NCBI GenBank assembly: GCA_964348825.1
Contig: CAYGDX010000005.1
Span: 1-63,998, forward strand
Length of the DNA stretch: 63,998 nt
Direction: 5' to 3'
Source of the DNA: an uncultured Gammaproteobacteria bacterium
GTDB taxonomy: Bacteria; Patescibacteriota; Patescibacteriia; Veblenbacterales; UBA10138
A program made the position numbers and the translations under genes. This document shows positions 18,313-26,812 of the stretch, one piece after another. Numbering within the stretch: the stretch's first letter is position 1; each line of letters begins with the position of its first letter. The notes beneath the pieces were generated by a model that did not search any database, was not told the DNA's origin, and worked only from the letters and a program-made list of their open reading frames with translations.

Positions 18313-18762
18313 ATGATGAGTAAAGGGAAATTTTGTTCAACCTGTAAAAACATAAAAAAGAGCATGGAGATAGATCCTTGTAAGGCTTGCGTTGAAACGG
18401 ATTGCTTGGATTTATGGGAAGAAAAGGATTTAGAAACCTTTGACCAATACCAACAAGCTACAGCACGAACAGATAACCACACAAACGACAAAGAGGCCAT
18501 ATTAAATTTTGCACTTGGAATTGCTGGGGAAGCTGGGGAAATAGTTGATATTGTGAAAAAGTTAATCTTTCATAATCATCCTGCGGATAAGGAGAAAATG
18601 AGAGATGAGCTAGGTGATCAACTTTGGTATGTCACAAGGATGGCAAGCAGATACGGATTAACCCTTGAAGAAGTAGCAAAAGCCAATATTGACAAACTCA
18701 AGAAACGATACCCCGATGGATTTAGCCAAGAGAAAAGCATTAACAGGGAGGAAAGCAAATGA
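18313..18762 (+). CDS. mazG: MazG-like nucleotide pyrophosphohydrolase
   Basis: GIAGEAGEIVDIVKK...DELGDQLWY...NIDKLKKRYPDGF (EExxE/D MazG core). Confidence 0.85.
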   Translation: MMSKGKFCSTCKNIKKSMEIDPCKACVETDCLDLWEEKDLETFDQYQQATARTDNHTNDKEAILNFALGIAGEAGEIVDIVKKLIFHNHPADKEKMRDELGDQLWYVTRMASRYGLTLEEVAKANIDKLKKRYPDGFSQEKSINREESK

Positions 18763-18923
18763 TAGCAATAGCACTGACTGCAATCCTCTGTACTGTAATG
18801 GGCTATGGCTTATGTGCAATCCTAACGGTCGGCAAAAAATACGATTCTCCTCAAAACACTTGTAAGCCATCGAACTGTAATAGACACTGTATTGCCTGGA
18901 ATAGATGCGATGCCAAATGGTGA
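18759..18923 (+). CDS. Small membrane protein (54 aa)
   Basis: Hand translated. N-terminal TM IAIALTAILCTVMGYGLCAIL. ATGA overlap with mazG. Confidence 0.4.
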   Translation: MIAIALTAILCTVMGYGLCAILTVGKKYDSPQNTCKPSNCNRHCIAWNRCDAKW

Positions 18924-19036
18924 AAGACGTTTTTACGGATGCAGAAAAGGCAATCATCGAAGCGTTGTGGGAGCAGTATATTCCAATGCCAGAAGTAAAT
19001 AATCAATCGGGTGGCAAGGAGGAAGAGAAAGAGTGA
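18917..19036 (+). CDS. Small hypothetical protein (39 aa)
   Basis: Hand translated; overlaps neighbours by a few nt. Confidence 0.3.
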   Translation: MVKDVFTDAEKAIIEALWEQYIPMPEVNNQSGGKEEEKE

Positions 19037-19467
19037 CACTTGCTTGGTACATTACGCCTCAGCATTATTCGATTGCCGAGGAAAATAATATTAGTCCGAG
19101 AACCCTAGAACAACGTGTTCGAGATAACGGTTGGCACATTGAAAAGGCGATCTCTGAGCCTGTCAGACCTAGGAAAACATATGGACAATGGATAAAGATA
19201 GCCGAACAAAACGGCATCTGCTCAAACACATTTAGGGTTAGGGTGAACCTTTATGGATGGAGCAATGAACGAGCTGCCACAGAAGCGTTAATGAACCGCC
19301 AAGAACATATGTCAAAGATTCTAAAAAGGCAAAGGAATTACCCATTAAGCTTTATTGAACAAGCTGAGAAAAACGGCATCTGTTACAATACTTTTTTATC
19401 TAGGATGCACAGAGGTTGGAGCATGGAAGAGGCAAGTAGCGTGAGGGTGAAAGGAGCGAGGGTGTGA
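19033..19467 (+). CDS. DNA-binding protein with three tandem HTH-like repeats
   Basis: Three repeats of the form AE-NGI---TF--R---GW--E-A. Confidence 0.55.
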   Translation: MTLAWYITPQHYSIAEENNISPRTLEQRVRDNGWHIEKAISEPVRPRKTYGQWIKIAEQNGICSNTFRVRVNLYGWSNERAATEALMNRQEHMSKILKRQRNYPLSFIEQAEKNGICYNTFLSRMHRGWSMEEASSVRVKGARV

Positions 19468-19745
19468 TTGGCTTTTTAAACGGTATGGAGCTAGTAGAAA
19501 ACAACATCTTAACCATCGAACATAAGGAAATCAAACGTAAGCACAGACAAAAGCGGATACAAAAGAAATGGATTAAGAAGTATGGGTATAACTACTCAAA
19601 CATTCCAAGCCCTCAAGTGCTTATATTTCAGAATAAGATTTTTGGTCATCCAGAAACCCTTAAAGCAATAATCAACAAAGTGAAGGGAGAGGAATGCCTA
19701 AATGATTCTCGACAAACTAAAAACCGCATTTACCAAAAAGCCTAA
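19464..19745 (+). CDS. Hypothetical basic protein
   Basis: 93-aa ORF, coupled start. Confidence 0.45.
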   Translation: MIGFLNGMELVENNILTIEHKEIKRKHRQKRIQKKWIKKYGYNYSNIPSPQVLIFQNKIFGHPETLKAIINKVKGEECLNDSRQTKNRIYQKA

Positions 19746-19950
19746 TCCTCATCTCACAGACAAAATAGCAAACATCGGACTGACGGATAGAACTTATCAC
19801 TGTCTCAGAAAAGCAGGGATATGGACTGTGGGGGATTTAACCGAATTATCACGTAAGGACATCAAGGCTTGTCGTGGAGTCGTTAGAAAGACCTGTGAAG
19901 AGGTTGAGAAGGTTTTGGATGGGATGGGGTTGGGATTACGAAAGGAGTAG
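19702..19950 (+). CDS. RNA polymerase alpha-subunit C-terminal-domain-like protein (standalone)
   Basis: LTDRTYHCLRKAGIWTVGDLTELSRKDIKACRGVVRKTCEEVEKVLDGMGLGLRKE parallels Bacillus RpoA CTD LSVRSYNCLKRAGINTV...NLGRKSLEEVK..LGLGLRKDD. Confidence 0.7.
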   Translation: MILDKLKTAFTKKPNPHLTDKIANIGLTDRTYHCLRKAGIWTVGDLTELSRKDIKACRGVVRKTCEEVEKVLDGMGLGLRKE

Positions 19951-19954
19951 TTTT

Positions 19955-20125
19955 ATGTCTCACTGTAAAAAGAGAGGGATGAGCAATTTGAATATAAGAT
20001 TAATCTTAAAGCTGGGTGACATAATCAAGTTAATTTTAGGATGGGAAGTCTTAATTTTGGATTCAAATCACAACAGCATCTACATGGTTCAAAAGGGTGA
20101 TGACACTTACATTTGTAAGGGGTGA
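19955..20125 (+). CDS. Small hypothetical protein
   Basis: ATG after GAAAGGAG. Confidence 0.4.
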   Translation: MSHCKKRGMSNLNIRLILKLGDIIKLILGWEVLILDSNHNSIYMVQKGDDTYICKG

Positions 20126-20129
20126 CGAA

Positions 20130-20369
20130 ATGAACCTCATCGAAAAAATAACCTCTAGAAAAGCAGAACTAGCAGAAGTAACAAAACGGAAAATATATCT
20201 CGAAGAGGAAATTAAGGATTTGGAATATCGGATGAGTTGCGAAAAGATTAATAATCCGGTGGCTTGTTTGAATCCAATTATGTTCGAGGAGAAAAAATGT
20301 GGGGCATGTGGATTTTACGAACGATGTGCTTATCGTTACAAAGGGGACTATGGGAGATTTAAGTTGTAG
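20130..20369 (+). CDS. Hypothetical protein
   Basis: ATG after AAGGGGTGA; coiled-coil N-terminus, Cys cluster at the C-terminus. Confidence 0.45.
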   Translation: MNLIEKITSRKAELAEVTKRKIYLEEEIKDLEYRMSCEKINNPVACLNPIMFEEKKCGACGFYERCAYRYKGDYGRFKL

Positions 20370-20372
20370 GGG

Positions 20373-20849
20373 GTGATTGCCATAACTAATACAACCAAGC
20401 CATTTATCCATACAATCCATAGGCTTATCCAATACCCAAAACATAAAAGAAAGGTCATTATGCTAAGGCAGGAAATAGAGGCCGCAGGTCCTAGTATTAC
20501 GGCTGGATATAGCTTAACGCCTGGGGGTAGTGGTACGTCAGATAACACTGGGCAACTTGCGACTAGGATGGGTGATAAGTTATCTGAATTGAGGGGAATA
20601 GAGAATGAGATAAAGCTTATTGATTTAGCGGTAAGTATGCTGTCTGCTCCTAAAAAACTGATAATAGAGGTTAGGTATCTAACTGCTGATGGTCAAGACA
20701 AAGGAGCTAGAATCACACTTCGAGCCAATGCAAAAAAGCATAAATGGAGAGCGATGCACCATAGCACATATGAACGGTTGAGGGATGAGGCTGTTAGGGA
20801 GATAGCGGAGATGTTAGGGGAAAAAGAAGGGGGAAATAATGATGAGTAA
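20373..20849 (+). CDS. ArpU-family late transcriptional regulator (sigma region-4-like)
   Basis: LIQYPKHKRKV..., SITAGYSLTPGGSGTSDNT, LIDLAVSMLSAPKKLIIEVRYL pattern typical of ArpU/RinA-like regulators. Last early gene. Confidence 0.6.
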   Translation: MIAITNTTKPFIHTIHRLIQYPKHKRKVIMLRQEIEAAGPSITAGYSLTPGGSGTSDNTGQLATRMGDKLSELRGIENEIKLIDLAVSMLSAPKKLIIEVRYLTADGQDKGARITLRANAKKHKWRAMHHSTYERLRDEAVREIAEMLGEKEGGNNDE

Positions 20850-22458
20850 AGTAATAACTATCAACAACACAGAGGAACGAAATGGTGACTGTTATCCCGA
20901 ATTTGGCTTATCAATCAGAACGCATTTTAATTCAATCGTTAGTCAAGGTGTGCCGTTATTTACAACCGACACAGAGGGATTATTCGAAGCATTTCTAAGT
21001 AATTTACCGGATGAAGCACGACAACATTATACCTGTAATGCTTGCAGAAATTTTGTTAATCGCTTTGGTGGACTAGTGACTATCTCTGATAATGGCGAGA
21101 CGAAATCTGCATTTTGGAATGAAAAAGATGTTCCGGCGTTCTTTGCAAAGTCCGTTAAGGCAATGAAAAATATTGTTTTGAAATCTAAAGTTAATGGAAT
21201 TTTCTTATCGAGTGATAAGGTTTTGGGACAGCCAATAACAGGAGAGTGGCAGCATATGTCGGCAGTATTGCCTAATGCGATGGTTTATGGCTCAAGATTA
21301 ATAACCGCAAATCAAGCGATGGCCGAAAAGAGAGAGGACTTCAGAATATTAATTGCAGGGCTATTAGAATATCCGGACCATGTTGTTGATCAAGCTGTAA
21401 CACTATTAAAAACCGAATCCCTTTACAGGTCAGAGAAGTGTTTAGGGGTTGCTGAGTGGTTACTTGGCTTGCATGTCAAACGTGCTAATACAAAGAATAG
21501 TAAACTAAAAAATAACATCGTGTGGCTTGCGGTTGGTTCTGCACCTACAGGGTATTGTCATGTAAAAAGTTCGATGATTGGAACTTTGCTAGATGATATT
21601 GCGGAGGGAATGTCTTTTGATGATGTGAGTCGTAGATTTGCAAGCAAAATGCACCCGTTACAATATCAACGTCCACAGGCTGCACCAACGGCAGGAAATA
21701 TTCAGCAAGCAGAAAAGATTGTGGAAAAGCTGGGGATAAAAAGATCACTTGAGCGTAGATTTGCAAGGATTGAAGAACTTAAAAAAGTATGGATCCCAAA
21801 AGAAAAGGAAGAACAAATAAAAGGCGATGGTGTATTTTCGCACCTTATGGCCAAGGATTCCAAAGAGTTACCAAAGATGGACATACCGCCAATTACGATG
21901 ACCTGGGAAAAATTCTCCAAAACGGTTCTTCCCTTCGCTGAAGAGATTGAATTCCTTGTAAAGAGTGGATCAGATAATTTTTCAGCCATTCTTACAGCAG
22001 TGCATGAAGATTCTCCACCAATTTTACAATGGGATAACGAGGAACAACGCAATCCCTTTTCGTGGTATGTATATAACGGTGGTTCAACTTACAGTAGATG
22101 GGGCCTTTCTACGGGATGTTGCAAAGTGACCGGGGTTTGCCTTCAACCTTCTATGTGGTACGGTGATTTTCCTCATCAGAGCAAGAGTGTGTATTTTATC
22201 CTAGATGGAGCAAGGGACAGCGGATATAAACATGGCGGTGGTGGTAGAGGGAATTTATTATTCCCTGAAATACTAAAATCAGAATTACGTGAAATCCGTT
22301 CGACAATTGAAGCATATTCCAAAAATGCAACTATCGAAGGCTATGACGATGCTTCAGCGTGTGGCATTAGATTACAACACGGATCAAACTTCAACGCTAC
22401 TTTCCGTGTAAAAACCGATACAGGGATGGTGGTATACAAGCTTGATAGATGGGATTAA
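20839..22458 (+). CDS. Large conserved-looking protein of unknown function (539 aa)
   Basis: Long uninterrupted ORF. N-terminal CNACRNFVNRFGG Cys motif. No family recognised. Confidence 0.7.
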   Translation: MMSKVITINNTEERNGDCYPEFGLSIRTHFNSIVSQGVPLFTTDTEGLFEAFLSNLPDEARQHYTCNACRNFVNRFGGLVTISDNGETKSAFWNEKDVPAFFAKSVKAMKNIVLKSKVNGIFLSSDKVLGQPITGEWQHMSAVLPNAMVYGSRLITANQAMAEKREDFRILIAGLLEYPDHVVDQAVTLLKTESLYRSEKCLGVAEWLLGLHVKRANTKNSKLKNNIVWLAVGSAPTGYCHVKSSMIGTLLDDIAEGMSFDDVSRRFASKMHPLQYQRPQAAPTAGNIQQAEKIVEKLGIKRSLERRFARIEELKKVWIPKEKEEQIKGDGVFSHLMAKDSKELPKMDIPPITMTWEKFSKTVLPFAEEIEFLVKSGSDNFSAILTAVHEDSPPILQWDNEEQRNPFSWYVYNGGSTYSRWGLSTGCCKVTGVCLQPSMWYGDFPHQSKSVYFILDGARDSGYKHGGGGRGNLLFPEILKSELREIRSTIEAYSKNATIEGYDDASACGIRLQHGSNFNATFRVKTDTGMVVYKLDRWD

Positions 22459-22894
22459 CTGACTAGCACAAAAATAGCACAGGACTAGCATACAAATATT
22501 TGTTTATAAGCAAAACTCACTATATACTGAAAATGTGGACAATCACCTAGATTTAATTTTTAGGCGGCTGTCCACTTTTATTTGTTTAAATGGGGGGTGT
22601 TTTGATGTGGGAACGTGCTTGCAATTCATGGCGGCATGGGAAAGTAAATATGAGAACTGCTGTACCTGCATCAAATGGAACCGAGATGACTTAGTTTGCA
22701 TGGATCCTGCAGAAGTAGTAAAGCGTCGAAGGGAATCGGAACTTAGGGTTATTAATAAAATGATTCGTGGTAATAAGCCGATACGGGGGCCATTGTAAGT
22801 TAGAAGATGAGCACCATCTAAAACCCTTGGTACACAAGGGCTTAGGAGTATTTTGACCCATAAAAATGGGTATTCTGAGCTCGTTGTTTTGGGC

Positions 22895-22923
22895 AAGAAA
22901 AAAGACCCTCGTTTGAGAGTCTT
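22895..22923 (-). terminator. Intrinsic terminator of the minus-strand operon
   Basis: On the minus strand, GACTCTC-AAAC-GAGGGTC followed by TTTTTT. Confidence 0.55.
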
Positions 22924-23069
22924 AGCTAGAGTGATACTTTTTATATGTGCCGAAATTCCTCCACATGAAGAACTGGGGCTTTTCGTAGATACTCCAATAT
23001 CCCCAATGGCCTTGATAGACTCCCTCGGGAACTGATGGACAAGAATTGATTTTCATTATTATTCCTCCT

Positions 23070-23957
23070 TCATTTATTGATATCTAGCTTTAGAAAATCG
23101 CCAACCTTTTTATTTTGTCCGTGCATATAAACTTGGGTTGTCATAATCGACTTATGATTTAGATATTCCTGCACGTCCCGAATGTCTGCACCTGCACTTA
23201 ATGCGTTCGAGCAAAATGAGTGCCTCAAGGTATGAGGTGTTACCGATTTCGTGATCTTAGCTCGCTTGCTTGCCGAAACAATCCATGACCTCAAGGTAAC
23301 CACAGATGCCCTGTCACCGCTTGGATTGCTGAATAAGTGTGATTGGTCGAAGTTGTTTATTTCCTTGCCTGTATAGGCTTGTATGGCTTCCCACACGTCG
23401 TTGCGAAGTGCTAAGAGCTGGCGTTCGTTGCCCTTTCTTAGTGCTGATACGCTGATGGATTCATCTGGCATGATGTAGAAGTCTTTCCAGCTTAGTTGTT
23501 GTACTTCGCTTATTCTCATTCCAGTGCTTGCAAGGAGTAGACCTAAGATAAAATGCTTTTCGCTTTTTTGCTTTAAGGCTGTCAGTAGCTTATCGATTTC
23601 CTTAGTTGTTAAGAATTTATTCGCTACGTTGCTAGGGGAGCCGTGCTGCTTAATTAAGGCGAATGGGTTTTTGTCAATCAATCCGCATTCCATCGCAAAT
23701 TTGAAAAACATCTTTAGTGTGGCAATTCTGTTTTGAACTGTCGCGGTTGAGCAAGTGGCCTTTAAGTATGCGTCATAATCTAGGGCTTGAAATGGTGTAA
23801 TGGTCCGGTAGTCCTGGTTGTTGGTCCATGCAAAGAAGCCCTTTAAGACACTAGCGTAGGTTTTAGATGTGCTGGGGGTTTGTTGTGATAAGTAGTAGTT
23901 CACTACATCGGATGTCGGCATTATGGCGAGTTTGGCTGATTCCGCTGATACTAGCAT
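23070..23957 (-). CDS. Tyrosine recombinase, short XerC/XerD-like (295 aa)
   Basis: Catalytic pattern GMRISE (R), HTLRHSF (HxxR), HKSIMTTQVYMH (H..Y). SAM-like core-binding N-domain. No arm-binding domain. Confidence 0.9.
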   Translation of the reverse strand: MLVSAESAKLAIMPTSDVVNYYLSQQTPSTSKTYASVLKGFFAWTNNQDYRTITPFQALDYDAYLKATCSTATVQNRIATLKMFFKFAMECGLIDKNPFALIKQHGSPSNVANKFLTTKEIDKLLTALKQKSEKHFILGLLLASTGMRISEVQQLSWKDFYIMPDESISVSALRKGNERQLLALRNDVWEAIQAYTGKEINNFDQSHLFSNPSGDRASVVTLRSWIVSASKRAKITKSVTPHTLRHSFCSNALSAGADIRDVQEYLNHKSIMTTQVYMHGQNKKVGDFLKLDINK

Positions 23958-23969
23958 AACAATTCCTCC

Positions 23970-24224
23970 TTAATCCTTTTCGCTATAGTCATGGGTTATC
24001 TGACCGTCGAGGACCTTGTAAATATCCCTAGTGAGTGAATCCTTGGCAATAACTACGAGTTCCCAACCTAGATTATTCTTAGACATACGGAAACTTTTTG
24101 CTTCAATTTTTGGCATTGAGTAATAGTCAAAAGACACGTTTCCAAGGTTAGATATCTCGCATTGATTGATTAATCCTATGATGCGGTTTCGAGTGGTTAG
24201 GTCAAGTTTGTGATATGGTTTCAT
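23970..24224 (-). CDS. Hypothetical protein
   Basis: 84-aa ORF after AAGGAGGAATCAGCGGA. Confidence 0.55.
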   Translation of the reverse strand: MKPYHKLDLTTRNRIIGLINQCEISNLGNVSFDYYSMPKIEAKSFRMSKNNLGWELVVIAKDSLTRDIYKVLDGQITHDYSEKD

Positions 24225-24349
24225 TCCGCTGATTCCTCCTTAGCTTCAAAATTTAAACAATATCCCAGGTTGTCAATTTCAATAGTACAACAGTTGCAAA
24301 AACTAAATAATAAATACTTGCAATTTTTTCTATCACATGAGACTAGCAT
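24221..24349 (-). CDS. Small Cys-rich protein (42 aa)
   Basis: Hand-translated MLVSCDRKNCKYLLFSFCNCCTIEIDNLGYCLNFEAKEESAE. AAGGAGG SD. ATGA overlap with the next gene. Confidence 0.45.
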   Translation of the reverse strand: MLVSCDRKNCKYLLFSFCNCCTIEIDNLGYCLNFEAKEESAE

Positions 24350-24434
24350 GATTTATTCCTCCTTAGCTTATTCCTTCGCCTTCGTCCCTTACCTAGTTTA
24401 AGGACCAAAGGCGGGAGAATAAACTCCCTGGGGT

Positions 24435-24617
24435 TTACCTTAATATCACGTTTTTGCGTTCGTTGTTTGTCGAATCCAAGATAATGTATCTGCCTTCAAA
24501 TTCTCTATTGAATTCTCTTCGAGCTAGGGCAAAACTTGTAGTATTAATGGTCTTGAATAGGCAACCTTCAGTATTAATTAGTTCATAGGTCTTGATTTTC
24601 TCTTCATACTTTTTCAT
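24435..24617 (-). CDS. Small hypothetical protein
   Basis: 60-aa ORF after GAAAGGTGG. Confidence 0.5.
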   Translation of the reverse strand: MKKYEEKIKTYELINTEGCLFKTINTTSFALARREFNREFEGRYIILDSTNNERKNVILR

Positions 24618-24642
24618 TTTTATTTTCCACCTTTCAATTTTA

Positions 24643-24666
24643 CGCCGGTATATGCCCCGGCTGGCT
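24643..24666 (-). repeat. Conserved intergenic hairpin, copy A
   Basis: Minus-strand reading AGCCAGCCGGGGCATATACCGGCG, stem GCCGG/CCGGC, just upstream of an SD. Confidence 0.8.
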
Positions 24667-24715
24667 AATTTGTTTTACTTCGAGTTTGGGGAGTGATTCC
24701 CCTGCTTATCGTCAC

Positions 24716-24940
24716 CTAGTTAACTTCCTTGTAGTGAAACAGTTTAAGTGTGTCAACGAATGCCTTTTCTGTTTTGTGTCCTATCCCTTGAATAGTGTGC
24801 TCCCATGTTGAAAATGCTTTGTTTGTTCGGAGGTCAAAGATTTCATTTAAAACATTTTCACCTTCGATTGTGACTCGTTCGAGGATTGGATTGGCGAAGA
24901 GTAAACGATTGTGTTCAAAGATTCGTTTCATTGCTTTCAT
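24716..24940 (-). CDS. Small hypothetical protein
   Basis: 74-aa ORF after GAAAGGA. Confidence 0.5.
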   Translation of the reverse strand: MKAMKRIFEHNRLLFANPILERVTIEGENVLNEIFDLRTNKAFSTWEHTIQGIGHKTEKAFVDTLKLFHYKEVN

Positions 24941-24945
24941 CCTTT

Positions 24946-24971
24946 CGCCGGGCTATAGCTCCCGGACCGCT
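24946..24971 (-). repeat. Conserved intergenic hairpin, copy B
   Basis: Minus-strand reading AGCGGTCCGGGAGCTATAGCCCGGCG, stem CCGGG/CCCGG. Confidence 0.75.
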
Positions 24972-24987
24972 TAATGTTTTTTGCGTG

Positions 24988-25296
24988 TTAGTCCAATAAC
25001 GATTCGCGAGATATCGAATACTGAGTTTTCAGCTTGTCGAGTGCTAATGATGTTGCCGTGTAGCTGTACCATCCGACGAGGTATTGACCGGATTCGGTTA
25101 GGTCCTCGCTGGCGTATTGCTTCCTAAGTTTGATTCCCCTGCCCTTTAATTCAAGCGGGGTGTCGATATAGTAGGTTCCGTAGTGGCCTATTGTTACTCT
25201 CATTTGGCAGTTAGGCTTGCACTGTCCCATTTCAGGGGTGTAGGCGTGGACGCCTTTTGCGATTCTATCGGCTGGGAATTCTAGGACTTTAGCCAT
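24988..25296 (-). CDS. Hypothetical protein
   Basis: 102-aa ORF after GAAGGAGGAAAAGC. Confidence 0.55.
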   Translation of the reverse strand: MAKVLEFPADRIAKGVHAYTPEMGQCKPNCQMRVTIGHYGTYYIDTPLELKGRGIKLRKQYASEDLTESGQYLVGWYSYTATSLALDKLKTQYSISRESLLD

Positions 25297-25312
25297 TTTG
25301 CTTTTCCTCCTT

Positions 25313-25336
25313 CGCCGGATTAAGCCCCGGCTGGCT
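25313..25336 (-). repeat. Conserved intergenic hairpin, copy C
   Basis: Minus-strand reading AGCCAGCCGGGGCTTAATCCGGCG, stem GCCGG/CCGGC, abutting GAAGGAGG. Confidence 0.8.
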
Positions 25337-25341
25337 TTGTA

Positions 25342-25572
25342 TTACTCGAAAGATAAGTTTATGTTGCCTGAATCCTTTTGGTATCTGTACCAATTGAGCA
25401 TTGTCACGAAGTCACCTGCGCTTATGCTGTATGGTATTTCCTTTTGGCCTTTGCTGTCGAGGGTGGTTACATATACTGGGCCGTCATTTCTTGCTTGGAA
25501 TACTTCGATTGTTTGACCATTATTTACTTCGAAATTCATTCTCATTCTAATTCCTTCTTTCATCTTCTTCAT
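25342..25572 (-). CDS. Small hypothetical protein
   Basis: 76-aa ORF; the true start may be an internal Met. Confidence 0.5.
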   Translation of the reverse strand: MKKMKEGIRMRMNFEVNNGQTIEVFQARNDGPVYVTTLDSKGQKEIPYSISAGDFVTMLNWYRYQKDSGNINLSFE

Positions 25573-25622
25573 TCGCTCACGTCCCTAAGTTTTAGAGATA
25601 TGAGCGAGGGAAGAAATTCCCT

Positions 25623-25766
25623 CTAGTCAACTTGATTGATGGTTATTGCGGTGTGACCCCAAAATCTCCTAGCCTCTGCAATCTTGTTAGCTGAACTCAG
25701 AGTATTGGTAAAAGTGATTTCCATACAGTTGCAAGTGTTGACGCTTCTGACTTCGTAGTGTTTCAT
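25623..25766 (-). CDS. Small hypothetical protein (47 aa)
   Basis: Hand-translated MKHYEVRSVNTCNCMEITF...; GGAAGGA SD. Confidence 0.4.
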   Translation of the reverse strand: MKHYEVRSVNTCNCMEITFTNTLSSANKIAEARRFWGHTAITINQVD

Positions 25767-25783
25767 TTGGTGTTCCTTCCTTT

Positions 25784-25942
25784 CTATTGGTGAGTTGCTA
25801 AGTAGGTTTCCTCTGTTGCCTTTTCGCCTTCATGCAGCTTGCCATAACATGTGCAGTTCATTTCCTCACGGTGTCCACATTTGACATACCTTCCAGCTAA
25901 TACCCACGCTTGATTGATGTAGTCGAACCATTCATTTGTCAT
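25784..25942 (-). CDS. Small Cys/His-rich protein (52 aa)
   Basis: Hand-translated MTNEWFDYINQAWVLAGRYVKCGHREEMNCTCYGKLHEGE...; AAAGGAG SD. Confidence 0.45.
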   Translation of the reverse strand: MTNEWFDYINQAWVLAGRYVKCGHREEMNCTCYGKLHEGEKATEETYLATHQ

Positions 25943-26025
25943 TGTTTTGCATCTCCTTTGTTTATACTTCCGTCTAAACTAGCTAGATAGTTAGCTTAGA
26001 CGAGAGCATAAGCTCTCAGGATACC

Positions 26026-26316
26026 TTATTTTTCTATTTCAAATAGTCTATGACCTTCTGGGAAAATCCTGTCCTTTAGGTAGATTCTCGCGCCATACTC
26101 AAGACTCCCATAAGCTGGACGGCAACCCCCATCGGTCCATTTAATAGCGGGTTGAATGGAGATAACCTGAGACTTGTCAAAGTAGCTTACTGAAATATTT
26201 GTAATTTGGAGTGAGTTATACTCGTTTGGGTGAATTACTTGGTCCATGTTGCCTAAAGTTCGGGATATGTCATTAGCGGAAATACCTAATGTGGGTAAAT
26301 ATTCAGTTATTGTCAT
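26026..26316 (-). CDS. Hypothetical protein
   Basis: ORF 26026..26337. Met at 26316 follows AAGGCGAGGA. Confidence 0.55.
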   Translation of the reverse strand: MTITEYLPTLGISANDISRTLGNMDQVIHPNEYNSLQITNISVSYFDKSQVISIQPAIKWTDGGCRPAYGSLEYGARIYLKDRIFPEGHRLFEIEK

Positions 26317-26494
26317 TGTTGTTTTCCTCGCCTTCAATGTTTTATTTGATGTGTTAACTATAACATTATAACATCACAACGTCAAGTATTTAACAAACAT
26401 TTATATTCTGCTATAAATCCAGTGTTCATGCGGTTCTTAAGGCTTTTCGTTACAATTGGTTAAAAATTCTTTTCAGAAAAGATAAGTTTTTAGA

Positions 26495-26526
26495 CAAAAA
26501 AATAACCCGGCAATCAAACCGGGTTA
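26495..26526 (-). terminator. Intrinsic terminator after the first gene of the minus block
   Basis: TAACCCGG-N8-CCGGGTTA stem with T-run on the minus strand; overlaps the stop codon. Confidence 0.6.
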
Positions 26527-26792
26527 GATGAGAAGTATTCGGTTAGTAGGTTGACAACTATTGTATTGGCACTCTTACTTGATTCCGGATCAATCTTAGA
26601 TAGAAGTAACCGGCTGTGGATTTCCGTTAGGTCACCAATACCGAAATGCTGCGTCAGTAGTCGGAGCATTAAAGTGTTACCAGGTTCTTTAGTTATGATT
26701 GTGTATTTGGCCAGTTGTCGCCATAGGTCAATTGGTAGCCGGATCGATAACCTAGCATCTCCTAGATATAGTGTTGTTGATTTGGTGGACAT
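26514..26792 (-). CDS. Putative ribbon-helix-helix regulator
   Basis: RLSIRLPIDLWRQLAKY beta-strand/helix pattern. Own promoter and terminator. Confidence 0.5.
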   Translation of the reverse strand: MSTKSTTLYLGDARLSIRLPIDLWRQLAKYTIITKEPGNTLMLRLLTQHFGIGDLTEIHSRLLLSKIDPESSKSANTIVVNLLTEYFSSNPV

Positions 26793-26812
26793 TGTTTCAG
26801 CTCCTTTACCAC

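Noticed and set aside
24465-24471. Spo0A 0A-box matches (TGTCGAA), for example at 24465 and 45619
   Set aside because: A 7-mer is expected about eight times by chance in 64 kb on both strands. No clustering near promoters was seen.
23070-26792. Integron-like array (tyrosine recombinase plus a run of small promoterless ORFs separated by hairpins)
   Set aside because: The recombinase is co-directional and at the 3' end of the array, not divergent from an attI/Pc. The hairpins are about 24 nt and lack attC-like R/L boxes or a GTTRRRY core. Every ORF has its own SD, as in an ordinary phage operon.
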